DNA of 64,000 nt from Octopus sinensis (GCF_006345805.1 NC_043010.1:36642001-36706000); one strand, 5' to 3'. Counted from the first letter of the stretch, positions 25,620 to 38,504 are shown. Notes: generated by a model not told the origin, from the letters alone. Translations and numbers: made by a program.

Positions 25620-28130
25620 AGCGGTTGTGGCGGTAGTTATGCTGCTGTTGTTGTCGATGGAGGTGACGGTGTAGTTGCAGTAGTAGTGGTGTAGTTGGTT
25701 GTGATGGCAGTGTCGGTGGTGATAGCGGTGGTAATGGTGGGGTGGGTGATAATGGGAGTGATGGAGGCGGTGGTGCAGGTATAATTGGTCTGGGTGGTGA
25801 TGATGGTGGTACCCATGGTGTCCGTGGTGGTGGTGGAGGTGGAGGAGGTGAGGTGGTACAGGTGGTGGAGGTGGTAGTGGTGGCGGCGGTATAATTGGTT
25901 ATGGCGATGGTGGCTGTAGCAGTGGTGTAGATGGTGGTAGTAGTTGTAGTTGTGGTGATGTGATGGTATTGGTGGTGGTGGTGGTGGTGGTAATGGGTGG
26001 TGATGGTGATGGTGGGGTGGGGATAATGGTTGTGATGGAGGTGGTAGTGCAGGTATTATTTGTTTGGGTGGTGATGATGGTATTACCGATGGTGTCCGTG
26101 GTAGTGGAGGTGGTGGTGAGGTGGTTGAGGTGGTGGTGGTGGCGGCGGCGGTATAATTGGTTATGGCGATGGTGATGCTGGTGGCTGTAGTGGTGGTGTA
26201 GATGGTGGTGTAGATGGTGGTGGTAGTCGTGGTGGAGTGTAGTTGCTATTGTTTTTGGTGGTGTAGACTCTAACAGGGATATTGTAATTGTTGTTGTTGA
26301 TGGTGGTGGTTGTAGTTGTGGTAGTAGTGGTGGTTGTGGTGGTGGTGGTGGTGGTGAAGTGTCAGAGATCGTGAAATATTATTCCAGTTGAGGTTTTTGG
26401 CGGTGTATCTGCTGATACAAAATCAGAGAGAGCCAAATAAATAAATAAATCGCTGGAACCAGAAGGGAGCGGATGAAGGGTTGGGTGCTTCATTAGATGG
26501 TAGAATGGGAGGGGGGGATCGTGTCGGGGGTCTGGGAATTGGAGGTGGGGAGGGGAGAATCTGCGTGGTTATCGTTGGATGATGGATGGAACGTAATGAG
26601 GAATCTGGATGTGTGTGTGTGTGAGTATGTGTGTGTTTGGTTGGAGGCAGCGGCGGCGTTGTTGTTGTTGGTGGTGGTGGTGCTGGTGGACGTGGTGGAG
26701 GTGGTGGTTGAGGTGGTGGTTGCAGTGGTGGTAGTAGTACTACTAGTTGGACGTGGTGGTACTATGGTAGTAGTGCTGTTGTTGGCGGCGGTTTTGGTAG
26801 TGGTGGTGGTGGTGGTGGACGTAGAGGTGGTGGACGTGGCGATGGTGGACGTGGTGGTAGTGGTGGGTTGGTGGAGCTGATGATGGTAGTGGTGGTTGTG
26901 GTTGTTGCTCTTGTTGTAGCCGTGGTGATTGTGATGGTGGTGAAGGTAATTGTGATGGCAGTGGTAGTAGAGGTGGTGATGGTGGAGGTGATGGTGGTGG
27001 GTTGGTGGAGGTAATGATGGTAGTGGTGGAGGTGGTGGTTGTGGTTGTTGTTGTTGCGGTGGTGGTGGTGGTAGTGGTGGTGGTGGTGGTGGTGGTGGTG
27101 TGATAATGGCGGCGAGGTGGCGAGGTATCAGAACATCAAGAGACTCAAACACTTCTCTACCGCCACCGCAATCTTCACCGCAGTGTCACTACTAGCGCCT
27201 TAACCTCTATCCCATCCCCCACAAAAACAACTACCACCTTCGAGCCACTACTACAGCCACAACCACCACTACCATCGTAGATGGCACGGCAAGCGGCGCC
27301 GTAACCACTACTGTGACAGCAGAATAACCACTAGCCTACCACTACGCACAACTACCACCACTACCACCACCACCAAATGCACCGCCATCACAACCACAAC
27401 CATGCCAAGCCAAAAATCCCCACCACTACAAAACACATCACCAACACCTTCACCACCATTATCATTGCAGCCACCACCATCATCACTGATAAAGATGCAA
27501 CAACAACAACTGCAACAATCACCACCACAATCGCTACAACAACCAATACCATTATCAATATTACTACAACTACCACCATAACTACCACTACCACTACCAA
27601 CAACAACAAATCACCACTAACGCCAACACCATCACCACTATACCATTACAACCACCACTACTACCACAACGAATACAACCACCATCAACACCTCCACCAC
27701 CTCTACTTCAACCACCACCACCACAAACATCACAAGCACTACAACCACCACTACAACAACTGTCACCACCACAAGCAGTACAACTACCAACACCATCAAC
27801 ACAGCCACCACAACCACTACAACCACCACTACAACAACCGCCACCACCACAACCACCACAACCACTACAACCACCACTACAACAACTGCCACCACTACAA
27901 CTACCACAACTACCAACACCACCACAACCACTACAACCACCACTACAATAATCGCCACCACCACAACCACCATAACCAGCACAACCCCTTCCACAACCCC
28001 CACTACCCCCACCACCACAACCAACAGAACTAACACCGCCATCACAACCAACATAGTCACCACAATCACCACCACCACCACCACCACCACCATCACCACC
28101 ACTCTAACCATTCCCCACCACCACCACTTG
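25620..28130. repeat. (GGT)n-rich then (ACC)n-rich low-complexity domain with a strand switch near 27.1 kb
   Basis: GGT-rich to about 27100 and ACC/AAC-rich from about 27230. It includes an imperfect tandem duplication of about 280 bp (about 25680-25930 / 25960-26200). Confidence 0.85.
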
Positions 28131-28420
28131 TAAAAAAAGCCAGTGGAACAAGTGTCAGTGAGAAAAGTATTTTTTTCGCTATTTTTTTTTCACTAAAATT
28201 TCCAGGGGCGGCATAGTAATGGAATGCTGGAAAGGTCAAGGTGAAGGTCAATTAGGCAGAACAACAACAACAACAACAATGGCTATGATAACAGTAACAG
28301 CTACTCCTACAACCACCGTCACTACTACAGCTAATACTACCGCTGCTGCTGCTCACAAAATGCCCCTTAACCCCAATATACAATATATAGACACCACAGC
28401 CGACTCTGCCACCACCACCT

Positions 28421-28472
<52 letters not shown>

Positions 28473-28518
28473 AAATAATGATAATAATAATAATAATAAT
28501 AACACCACCACCACCACC

Positions 28519-28550
<32 letters not shown>

Positions 28551-28639
28551 AATAATAATAATAATAATAATATAATAATAATAATAAAATAATAATAATA
28601 ACATAACAATAACAATAACAATAACAATAATAATAATAA

Positions 28640-28700
<61 letters not shown>

Positions 28701-28722
28701 TAACAATAACAATAACAATAAC

Positions 28723-28764
<42 letters not shown>

Positions 28765-28768
<4 letters not shown>

Positions 28769-29324
28769 GCCCTAATGCAATACCAGGCAGTGGCTCTCGT
28801 GGCCTCTGATCTTAAATGATTGGAAGAATTATCATGTACATTGTTTTGTCTTGGTATAAAAGATGGGCTACAGCAAATATTCTGCTCAATACCACAGATT
28901 TGCTCGTCAGTTGTTTGACCTTAACCAGGTGAGCATGTCCCTTAGTGGCTGACGATATGTGCATCTCTGAACATGAGCAGAAGTAGTGGGGGAGTATCAT
29001 AGCCGTATGCTGAAAGGAATTCTTTGGGGGTTTGAATAATTCACCTCTGGAAACATGGGTGTTTTGTTCAATATCCTTAAACAACCCTTATTCAGGGACC
29101 TTTTGAGTGCGATGGGTTACTCGACCAGAAGAAAATTCCAACTGGGCCCAACCTGCAAGGTCATGTGCTGTTTATCTTGATATGAAATCATCATGTCGCA
29201 CACATATGGTTGTGATGCATGTGCCTAGTGTACCCTTATCAGACGGGTAGTCATGATGGATATACTGGGCTTCGTATATTTTTACCCCAGTGTCACTTTG
29301 ATGGCATGCACTGCTCTCTCACTC

Positions 29325-29325
<1 letters not shown>
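28765..29325 (+). mobile_element. Element E, longest copy
   Basis: (AAT)n-aaatgccctaatgcaataccagg ... ctctctcactc-(AAT)n. Confidence 0.9.
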
Positions 29326-29371
<46 letters not shown>

Positions 29372-29416
29372 CTTTCTACTATAGGCATAAGCCTAACATT
29401 TAGGCAGAGGGAAGGG

Positions 29417-29460
<44 letters not shown>

Positions 29461-29520
29461 TTTATTTCGTAATGAAATAAAAAAAAATCTGTGTAGATTT
29501 TAGAACATTTATAGATAGAA

Positions 29521-29570
29521 GGTCTTTAAGCTGTTTTCAGGATATTTATTATATCCCTTAATCGTAGACA
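29521..29570 (-). ncRNA. Decayed hammerhead-like motif
   Basis: gtct-acgattaa-gggatat/atatcct-GAAA-acagct-ta-aagac. Stems I and II and GAAA are visible, but the CTGANGA box is mutated. Confidence 0.35.
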
Positions 29571-29740
29571 GTATGAGAGAACGTTTAAGAAATAGTTAAT
29601 TTAGATAAAATATAAAATAGAGAGTGAGGTGGAGGAAATAAAAGAAAATAGATGTGAGATATGTAGGGATATTGCATTTGCAGATCCATTTTTTATGCAG
29701 AATGGTATACATATAATATTCCAATATATATATATATATA

Positions 29741-29895
29741 CTTTATTTAAAGCAGCAGAAAATTCAACAAAATCTGTTACTCTGAGTTTCTCGTTGCCGT
29801 TCATCAGACAGTTTTTGCTAAAAACTGTCTGCTGAACGGCAACGACAAACTCAGAGTAACAGATTTTGTTGAATTTTCTGCTGCTTTAAATAAAG
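29741..29895. mobile_element. 155-bp palindrome made of two hammerhead-bearing arms
   Basis: 76-bp arms, 3-nt loop (29817-29819), 2 mismatches. The left arm on - strand reads ctgt-CTGATGA-acggcaacga-GAAA-ctcagag-TA-acag. Preceded by (TA)n. Confidence 0.75.
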
Positions 29896-29964
29896 CATAT
29901 TACTCTACCACTGGTATTTGAGTACTCTTTTTTCCACCTTGTTTCACATTTATGTGTTTACTCC

Positions 29965-30082
<118 letters not shown>

Positions 30083-30734
30083 ATACAATGTCCGTCTATC
30101 AAATTTACTCACAAGGCCCAGGGCTATATTGAAAGAAAGAATTATCACACAGCGGAACCGTATAGCTACAAGGCTTCACGATCATGATTGTCCAGGTTCA
30201 GAATATACTGTTTCGTCTAACTGTCAAGGCGTGTGACCTAGCGGTCGGGCAGTTAGCACTCAAGATCAGGAGGTGGTAATTTCGATGACCGGATCAGCAT
30301 CGAACGCAGCGTTGTCTTCTTGAACAAAAACAATCCATTTCATGTTGCCCCCAGTCCCGTCAGCTGTAAATGGGTTCCAACAATAGTTGGGAAGTCAGCC
30401 TTACGACAAACCACCGTCACGTTCAAAGTAAGGGCGTTGTAATCGCATCTACATATTCGGTGGAAACGAGGCCAAACTATGACTTTTTAAAGTCCTTGGG
30501 CTCATAACAGATTTACGAGGGGCATTCCAGAAGTTCTGAAAATTTTTTAGAAGTGGCAGTTATAACTGTTCTAGATTATTACAATTTTAGTACATTAATC
30601 CCCCGCCATATTACGGTTCACCTATCGCAGTTTATTATTTAAGCTTATGTCGATTCTTCCGTGGTGTTGTTTTGCATTTATATAGATCGTTAGCCACAAC
30701 ACGTTCTTAATTTTCTCTCCTTGTTTCTGTGTTC

Positions 30735-30775
30735 CTTTCTGTGGAAGAGCGTAGGCTCGAAAGGTTAAAGACTTT
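30735..30775 (+). ncRNA. Decayed minimal hammerhead-like motif
   Basis: ctttctgtgGAAGAgcgtaggctcGAAAggttaaag has the hairpin gagc-gtag-gctc and GAAA, but the core and stem III are imperfect. The element ends in (TA)n at 30869. Confidence 0.35.
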
Positions 30776-30865
30776 TTCACTCCCCGAGCGTTAAACTAAT
30801 ACATCTGTTTGTTGTCTACACCACCTATCTTCGTCTTTTGCTTCTTTTTTTTTTTTGTGAATTCT

Positions 30866-30913
<48 letters not shown>

Positions 30914-30914
30914 T

Positions 30915-31070
30915 TTTTTACTCTTTTACTTGCTTCAGTCATTTTGACTGTAGCCATGCTGGAGCACTGCCTTCAGTCGACCAAATCGACCCCTGGACTT
31001 ATTCTTTGTAAGCCTAGTACTTATTATATCGGTCTCTTTTGCCGAACCGCTAGGTTACTGGGACGTAAAC
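30915..31070 (-). mobile_element. SINE family A 3' half
   Basis: Reverse complement of the tail region. Confidence 0.8.
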
Positions 31071-31176
31071 ACACACAGACACACAAACATACACACACAC
31101 ACACACACATACACACACACACGCATATATACATGTGTGTATGTATGTGTGTGTGTGTATGTGTGTGTGTGTGTGT

Positions 31177-31435
31177 GGAGGCGCGTGGCTTAATGGTTAG
31201 GGTGTCAGCATCATGATCGTAAGATTTTGGTTTCGATTCCTGGACCGGGCGACGCGTTGTGTTCTTGAGCAAAACACTTCATTTCACGTTGCTCCGCCAG
31301 TCCACTCAGCTGGCAAAAATGAATTACGCTGCGATGGACTGGCGACCCGTCCAGCTGGGGTACACATACGCCATTGAAACTGGGAAACCGGGCCCATGAG
31401 CCTGGCTAGACTTTAAAAGGGCACATTTATTTATT
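31177..31435 (+). mobile_element. tRNA-derived SINE, family D
   Basis: ggaggcgcgtggcttaatggttaggg...ggtttcgattcctgg, a CORE-like cttgagcaaaacactt...cagctggcaaaaatg segment, and a (TTTA)n tail. Confidence 0.85.
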
Positions 31436-31619
31436 TTTTTTACTGTTTCTACTTCACGGATTTTCACCAACCGCGTGGGTTTTCTGGAACGTAACACCCA
31501 CGATTGTCGAGGGATTAATGTATATCATTACTATATATCTACTAAGATAACCTGCCAACTTTTGTTATTCTATATTGCAGGAGAAGGCTGCAGCAGCACT
31601 TTGAATACAACCTGCAAAA

Positions 31620-31900
31620 CACTGCTGATTAAAAAGCTATCCTGGTAACCAGCGTCTTGACAGAGACGAGCCTCAAAATTGTCCTTCACCTTTCCCAGAG
31701 TTCAGGCTTGTGACTTTCGTCTGTTCCCCAATATGAAGGAGAACGTCGGGGAAAAGATGATGGAGGGCCGTGAATAAAAACCCTGGACACTTTTGGTTGT
31801 TCCCCAAGCTGAAGGAGAACGTCAGGGACAGTCATTTTGAAAAAAAAAAACCGAAACGATGTTGAAGCGCCATGAATAAGACCCTGGATACATTTTTGCC
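31620..31900 (+). pseudogene. Mariner transposase C-terminal remnant, locally duplicated
   Basis: CDFRLFPNMKENV and FWLFPKLKENVRDSHFE (cf. SPDLAPCDFWLFPKLK..LRG.RF). Confidence 0.65.
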
Positions 31901-31946
31901 CGGTGTGCCAACTATTCGGCCAGCTCTCCGCCTTAATAATAATAAT

Positions 31947-31985
<39 letters not shown>

Positions 31986-32061
31986 TAATCATAATAATAA
32001 TAATAATAATAATAATAAAATAATAATAATAATAATAATATATAATAATAAAATAATAATA

Positions 32062-32102
<41 letters not shown>

Positions 32103-32103
<1 letters not shown>

Positions 32104-32540
32104 TCTGCTCAATACCACAGATTGCTTGTCAGTTGTTTGACTTTAACCAGTTGAGCATGTCCCTTAGTGGCTGACGATATGTGCATCTCTGATCACGAGC
32201 AGAAGTAGTGGGGGAGCATCATAGCCATGTGTTGAGAGGGATTCTTAGGGGTTTGAATAATTCACCTGGGAAACATGGGTGGTTCTTTCAAAATCCTTAA
32301 ACATCCCTTAATCAGGGACCTTTTGAGCAGGATGGGCTACTCAGCCTGAAGAAAATTCCAATGGGCCCACACTGCAAGGTCATGTGCTGTTATCTTGATA
32401 TGAGATCACCATGTCGCGCACATATGGTTGGGATGCATGTGCCTAGTGTACCCTTATCAGACGGGTAGTCATGATGGGTATATGGGCTTCGTATATTTTA
32501 CCCCAGTGTCACTTTGATGGCATGAACTGCTCTCTCACTC
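32103..32540 (+). mobile_element. Element E, 5'-truncated
   Basis: (AAT)n-tctgctcaataccacag ... ctctctcactc-(AAT)n. Confidence 0.88.
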
Positions 32541-32612
32541 AATAATAATAATATAATAATAATAATAAATAATAATAATAATTAATAATAATAATATAAT
32601 AATAAGATAATA

Positions 32613-32674
<62 letters not shown>

Positions 32675-32698
32675 TAATAATAATAATAATAATAATAA

Positions 32699-32757
<59 letters not shown>

Positions 32758-32758
<1 letters not shown>

Positions 32759-33200
32759 TCTGCTCAATACCACAGATTTGCTTGTCAGTTGTTTGACTTT
32801 AACCAGTTGAGCATGTCCCTTAGTGGCTGACGATATGTGCATCTCTGATCACGAGCAGAAGTAGTGGGGGAGCATCATAGCCATGTGTTGAGAGGGATTC
32901 TTAGGGGTTTGAATAATTCACCTTTGGAAACATGGGTGGTTCTTTCAAAATCCTTAAACATCCCTTAATCAGGGACCTTTTGAGCAGGATGGGCTACTCA
33001 GCCTGAAGAAAATTCCAACTGGGCCCCACCTGCAAGGTCATGTGCTGTTTATCTTGATATGAGATCACCATGTCGCGCACATATGGTTGGGATGCATGTG
33101 CCTAGTGTACCCTTATCAGACGGGTAGTCATGATGGGTATATTGGGCTTCGTATATTTTACCCCAGTGTCACTTTGATGGCATGAACTGCTCTCTCATCA
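32758..33200 (+). mobile_element. Element E, same 5' truncation as the 32103 copy
   Basis: Identical start point and shared variants (ggttgggatg, ccttaatcagg, gagcagg). Confidence 0.88.
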
Positions 33201-33208
33201 ATAATATA

Positions 33209-33271
<63 letters not shown>

Positions 33272-33276
<5 letters not shown>

Positions 33277-33445
33277 GCCTTGATGCAGTGCCAGGCTCTT
33301 GATATGAGATCACTATGTCGCGCGCACATGGTTGTAATGCATGTGCCTAGTGTACCCTTATCAGACGGGTAGTCATGATGGGTATACTGGGCTTCGTATA
33401 TTTTACCCCAGTGTCACTTTGATGGCATGAACTGCTCTCTCACTC
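33272..33445 (+). mobile_element. Element E, internally deleted
   Basis: aaatgccttgatgcagtgccagg joined directly to ctcttgatatgagatcac, with an (AAT)n tail. Confidence 0.85.
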
Positions 33446-33519
<74 letters not shown>

Positions 33520-33521
<2 letters not shown>

Positions 33522-33745
33522 GCGCAATGGCCTAGTGGTTAGGGCAGCGGACTCGCGGTCGCAGGATCGCGGTTTCGATTCTCAGACTGGGCGTTGTGTG
33601 TGTTTATTGAGCGAAAACACCTAAAAGCTCTACGAGGCTCCGGCAGGGGGTGGTGATCCCTGCTGTACTCTTTCACCACAATGGCGGTGCCCCAGCATGG
33701 CCACAGCTCAAGAGCTGAAACTGGAAAAACAGAAAAACAGAAACA
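33520..33745 (+). mobile_element. Chimeric SINE: family C head plus A-type tail
   Basis: C head to ctttcaccacaa, then tggcggtgccccagcatggccacagctcaagagctgaaactgg(aaaaacag)n. Confidence 0.78.
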
Positions 33746-33749
33746 GAAT

Positions 33750-33922
33750 AAATGCCTTGATGCAGTGCCAGGCTCTTGATATGAGATCACTATGTCGCGC
33801 GCACATGGTTGTAATGCATGTGCCTAGTGTACCCTTATCAGACGGGTAGTCATGATGGGTATACTGGGTTTCGTATATTTTACTCCAGTATCACTTTGAT
33901 GGCATGCACTGCTCTCTCACTC
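33750..33922 (+). mobile_element. Element E, same internal deletion as the 33272 copy
   Basis: Same junction ccagg|ctcttgat, with an (AAT)n(AAC)n tail. Confidence 0.85.
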
Positions 33923-33977
<55 letters not shown>

Positions 33978-33978
33978 T

Positions 33979-34033
<55 letters not shown>

Positions 34034-34049
34034 ATAGTACTTATTTCTT

Positions 34050-34250
34050 ACATAAACACAAGGCTAGAGGTTTCTGAGAATGGGGTTTATTTGCTTGAAT
34101 CAATTCCAACACTTTACTATTCATTTGATCCTGGACGATTGAAAGGCAAAGAGGACTTGGGGGGAATTTGAACTCAGAACGAAAAGACGGACGAAATGCC
34201 GCTAAGCATTTCTCCCGGCGTGCTAACGATTCTGCCAGATCGCAGCCTTA
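34050..34250 (-). mobile_element. SINE family B, diverged
   Basis: gaaaggcaaag...gaatttgaactcagaac...ccggcgtgctaacgattctgccag. Confidence 0.75.
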
Positions 34251-34571
34251 TTACACACAGATATTAACCACAAAATCTTATATGGGGTCCCACAAGGGCC
34301 AAATGGACCCTGGATGAGAACCGCTGAACTAAGCCATGGAAACGACGAAGAAAAAGAAGTGGTTGAACGATCAATGTAGGGTATGTGAGGGTGAGAGTGG
34401 GGGGAAAGTGGAGTGTCAGAAAATGAAGTCGTAACTATCTCTGCTCCTTCCTGGCTTTTTGGTAATTTAGGTGGGGGTTGGGCACCCAGATACATGTACA
34501 ACGCGGAATTGCTTCCTTTTGGGGAATAGGGGACGAATTACAATATTCTCTTGCTGACCTCAATTACAGTG

Positions 34572-34648
<77 letters not shown>

Positions 34649-34862
34649 AGAAACAGGCAGACACAGAGAGAAAAAGGAGAATGGAAGTAACAGAAATAAA
34701 AGAGAGAAGAATGAAAGTAAGAGTGAAGGAGAGAGAAAGAAAGAGGAAGAGAGAGGGAGAGAGAGACAGAGGAGAAGGAGAGGGTAGAGAGGGAAAGAGA
34801 AGGGAGTAGGAGAGAAGAAGAGACAAAAATATAAAAAAGAGGAGGATGAAAATTGGAGGGAA

Positions 34863-34893
<31 letters not shown>

Positions 34894-35129
34894 TTAGTAT
34901 TGATATTCTAAAATCTATGTCAACACACATGACAGAAAACGACGCGTTTCAGTCAGGTGACATGATACCATGACGACGAGCAAATTTCCTCTGTGTGGTC
35001 GATCGACCAGCTAGAAACAGCAGCCAAGTTTCCCTCAAATAGTACTGTACCGTCTTAGACAAGGGAGACTATGTTAGACGTAGCTCCAAGTGTGTGCAAG
35101 TCATGGAGGTGTCATTAAAAAGCAGACTA

Positions 35130-35205
35130 AGGTACATCTCGTGGCACAGCACATTCAGGTACATCTCGTGGCACAGCATGCACAGGTACACCTTGTGGCA
35201 CATTA
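35130..35205. repeat. 27-bp tandem repeat, about 3 copies
   Basis: aggtacatctcgtggcacagcacattc starting at 35130, 35157 and 35184. Confidence 0.85.
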
Positions 35206-35454
35206 GAGTGCTGTTCTACAATCTCTTGTTTGGGAAACACTGAGTTTAAAAATAAGTTGGCATGGTTACAATTGAAGCGTACTTGATCATCGATCTTATA
35301 TAAATGAATTAATAAATACATGAATAAATTAAAAAAATAAACAAATAAGGGGTGGATTCCAGAGCACCTGAAGGTTTTGCAGGGAAAAGCCTGGGTGTAA
35401 TGGTTAACAAAGGGCAGTGGGAGGGGAGATTTAGATTAGGCTTTTGACTAAAGT

Positions 35455-35665
35455 GTCCTTGCGTCATGCGATGCATGGGACAGTCTAAGTACTCCAGCGA
35501 GGGCGGTCAGCAATTACTCTCAGGATATGGTTATTGTAAGTCTACCAGCTAAAGTTCCCTGTCGGTTGTTTGATGCCGATTCATCTCTGGGCACGTCCCC
35601 CCGACTCCGTTTCCGCTGAGGGTTCCACTTAAGGACTTGGTTGGCGCTTCTGTTCGTCAGGAGTT
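35455..35665 (-). pseudogene. RTE-clade LINE ORF C-terminal remnant
   Basis: RSANQVLKWNPQRKRS/GR... IADRPRWST (cf. QALTWNPQGKRKRGRP...AQDR.RWR). Confidence 0.6.
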
Positions 35666-35889
35666 TTGCGATATTTCACAGCCAAAACAGTTTAGATAGA
35701 CACCGGGTGTTGACCTGGTTTTCTTTTGATCTGGTTGATGATGAAGTCGCCCCAGGGGAGGAGAGAAGGATACAGTATGGGTAACGAGAGGACGAGATGT
35801 GTGTAGGCTGTGAGTGAATTTGGTACGCAATTAACCAATTCCGAGAAGCAGAGGTTACGGTAATCGCAGCAGAAAAGGTGGGGTGAGAA

Positions 35890-36130
35890 ATCACATTTGT
35901 GGACCAGGCACTGCTGTTGTTTGGTTATGACCTCTTTCCCAAGCACTCGAGTCGCCGTTCTTTGGATGCAGTCAAGGATAGCAGTGTGTGCAACTGAGCT
36001 ACTCTCCCAGACGTGTGTCCTGTAATGCATTGTAACTTTCAGTTGGCCTTTATAACATGTTTGGTAGTTGTCGGTAACTAAAGTACTTTCTGAAGAGGAA
36101 AACCAGTTTCCCTGATGCAGTTTTGGTAAT
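35890..36130 (-). pseudogene. CR1/Jockey-like LINE RT C-terminal remnant
   Basis: MYKGQLKVTMHYRTHVWESSSVAHTAILDCIQRTATRVLG (cf. LYKAQIRP.MEYCSHVW....L..LDRIQ.RA.RLIG). Confidence 0.68.
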
Positions 36131-36222
36131 TTTGATTATGTGCGTTTGCCAAAACGCCTAGCATTTGTAAAGATCTTACGCACATACACACACGCACATA
36201 CTTACATGCACACACAAACACG

Positions 36223-36253
<31 letters not shown>

Positions 36254-36452
36254 TTATGTATATATATATTATATAATATAATATATAATATATATGTATG
36301 TGTGTGTGTAATTGAGTGTGTATATATGTATAGAGAGAGGGAGAGAGAGAGGGATGATAGGTAGACAGATAGACAGATAGTTAGACAGACAAACGGACAG
36401 ACAGACAGATACATACATGTATATTTATCTATACATACTACATACATATACA

Positions 36453-36488
<36 letters not shown>

Positions 36489-36750
36489 TACTATATATAT
36501 ATTTCGGCCATCAGAATGAGGTCATGCTGGGTCCTGCCTGATTATATATATATATATAATATTATATATATATGTGTGTGTGGATATAAAACATACACAC
36601 AGAGACACGCTCACACATGATATGTATATTATATGTGAATAAGAATAGAAGACAAGAGAAAGAAAGAAAGGAAGAAAGAAAGAAAGAAAGAAAGAAAAGA
36701 AAGAAGAAAGAGAAGAAGAAAGAGAAGAAAGAGAAAAGAAAGAAAGAAAA

Positions 36751-36783
<33 letters not shown>

Positions 36784-37413
36784 ATTAAGTTTACTCGAAA
36801 CCAAAGATCGACATCGCAATATAATCTGTTTCATATAACCTCAAAGTAAAGCCAACTATTGCCTCGAGCTTCTACTGTCTTATCCGGAAACATTTCCCTC
36901 GGCGAATACTGAACTATTCAATCGGTAAAACTTAAAAGTTAGCTACACGAGTAATATGGAGTATATTATCGTAACTAAGTAAGCGTCCCAATACATTCAG
37001 TGCTCGTTCCATGCTAATGTATAAGCTCAGGAACTCAGTTCCATGGACAGTTACATTATTAATCTTGCCAAGTTTGATTGTGGAAATTATAAAGTATGAC
37101 TAAAACGCCATCTTCACCCCCGCTGGGCAATTTAATCAAAGCTGAATCAATCATCATTTAAGCTGCAGTTTGTGTCCCCATTGACATGGACTGCCCATCC
37201 ATCACGATTCTGAGATGAGGGAGAAGATTCAAGAGACAGCATTTAAAACGTAAGCCCACCTTAGAATATAAGTAAAATAGGTACAGCGTTATCAAGTTTC
37301 AATGGTACTTGAAACACTCTACCATTAATAAATTTAATATCTGATTTACATTGCACTTCAACAAAGGCATACCTTCTGCACATTTGCGTGACACTGTACT
37401 ACTACTACTACTT

Positions 37414-37460
<47 letters not shown>

Positions 37461-38016
37461 GCGGCTACTGCCCCTAACCTCCACTTCCTCCGCTTCCTTA
37501 TCCTCCTCCTCCTCTTCCTCCTCTTACTACTACCACAGCTACTGCTGCTGTTGCTCCTCCTCCTCCATCCTCTTACTAGTACCACTACTATTGCTGCTGT
37601 TACTACTACTACTACTACTGCCGCTGCTGCTATTGCAGTGTTGATGTTACACTACAAATGCTTCAGAGTATCAAGCCATTGGACCAGCCTGGAGCCAAGG
37701 CTGGCCAAGTGTCGTGCTGATGACAATTATTGAGACAGAAACACACGCCGACGACTCTTTATTTCCAGACGTCAAAAAAAACCTGTTCTTTTCCTAACTA
37801 TCATATTCGAAGAATTGTTGATTTTTGAGATTATCTCCCCTTCTCTACAGGAGTTGAATTTAATTGTCATCTGGGACATATGACACATCCCCCCCAAAGG
37901 AGGGAAAAAATTTGACAAAAATAAAGAATTTATGTTATATGGTATTTGATATACCCGTGTATCTTAATTCTCTGTCTGTCTATTTGTTTGTCTCTCTCTC
38001 TCTCTCTCTCTGTGTA

Positions 38017-38078
<62 letters not shown>

Positions 38079-38393
38079 ATTGAAGAAATGGAGTGAACGA
38101 GAGATTGAACAGAAATCCTTTTATTGCATTCTACACGTGTTTCGGAAAGCCACAATTTACCAAATTCCGATTGAATGAGGAGACCATATTGTGTCTTCTC
38201 TTCAAGAAGAAATAGGAATTCCGTTGGCAGAACAAAAAACGAACAGAGGCGCAGCAAACAAATCTTGCTGTGATTTTGCTACCAAGGTAACGGTTAAACT
38301 TTTGATTAATCTGCAACAAGATTTATTCATCTTTCTATTTCACCAAACACACACACACACACACCACACACACATAATATAATATATATATAT

Positions 38394-38424
<31 letters not shown>

Positions 38425-38504
38425 TGTGTGTGTGTGTGTGGTGTGCGTGTGTGTGTGGGTGTGTATATATATATACATATATATATATATACACACATAC
38501 ATAT

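Noticed and set aside
34935-34975. GAAACGCGTC on - strand (classic PLE stem III)
   Set aside because: No CTGANGA box upstream and no stem I.
37708-37757. CTGATGA...GAAAC hammerhead-like string
   Set aside because: No valid stem III or NUH cleavage triplet.
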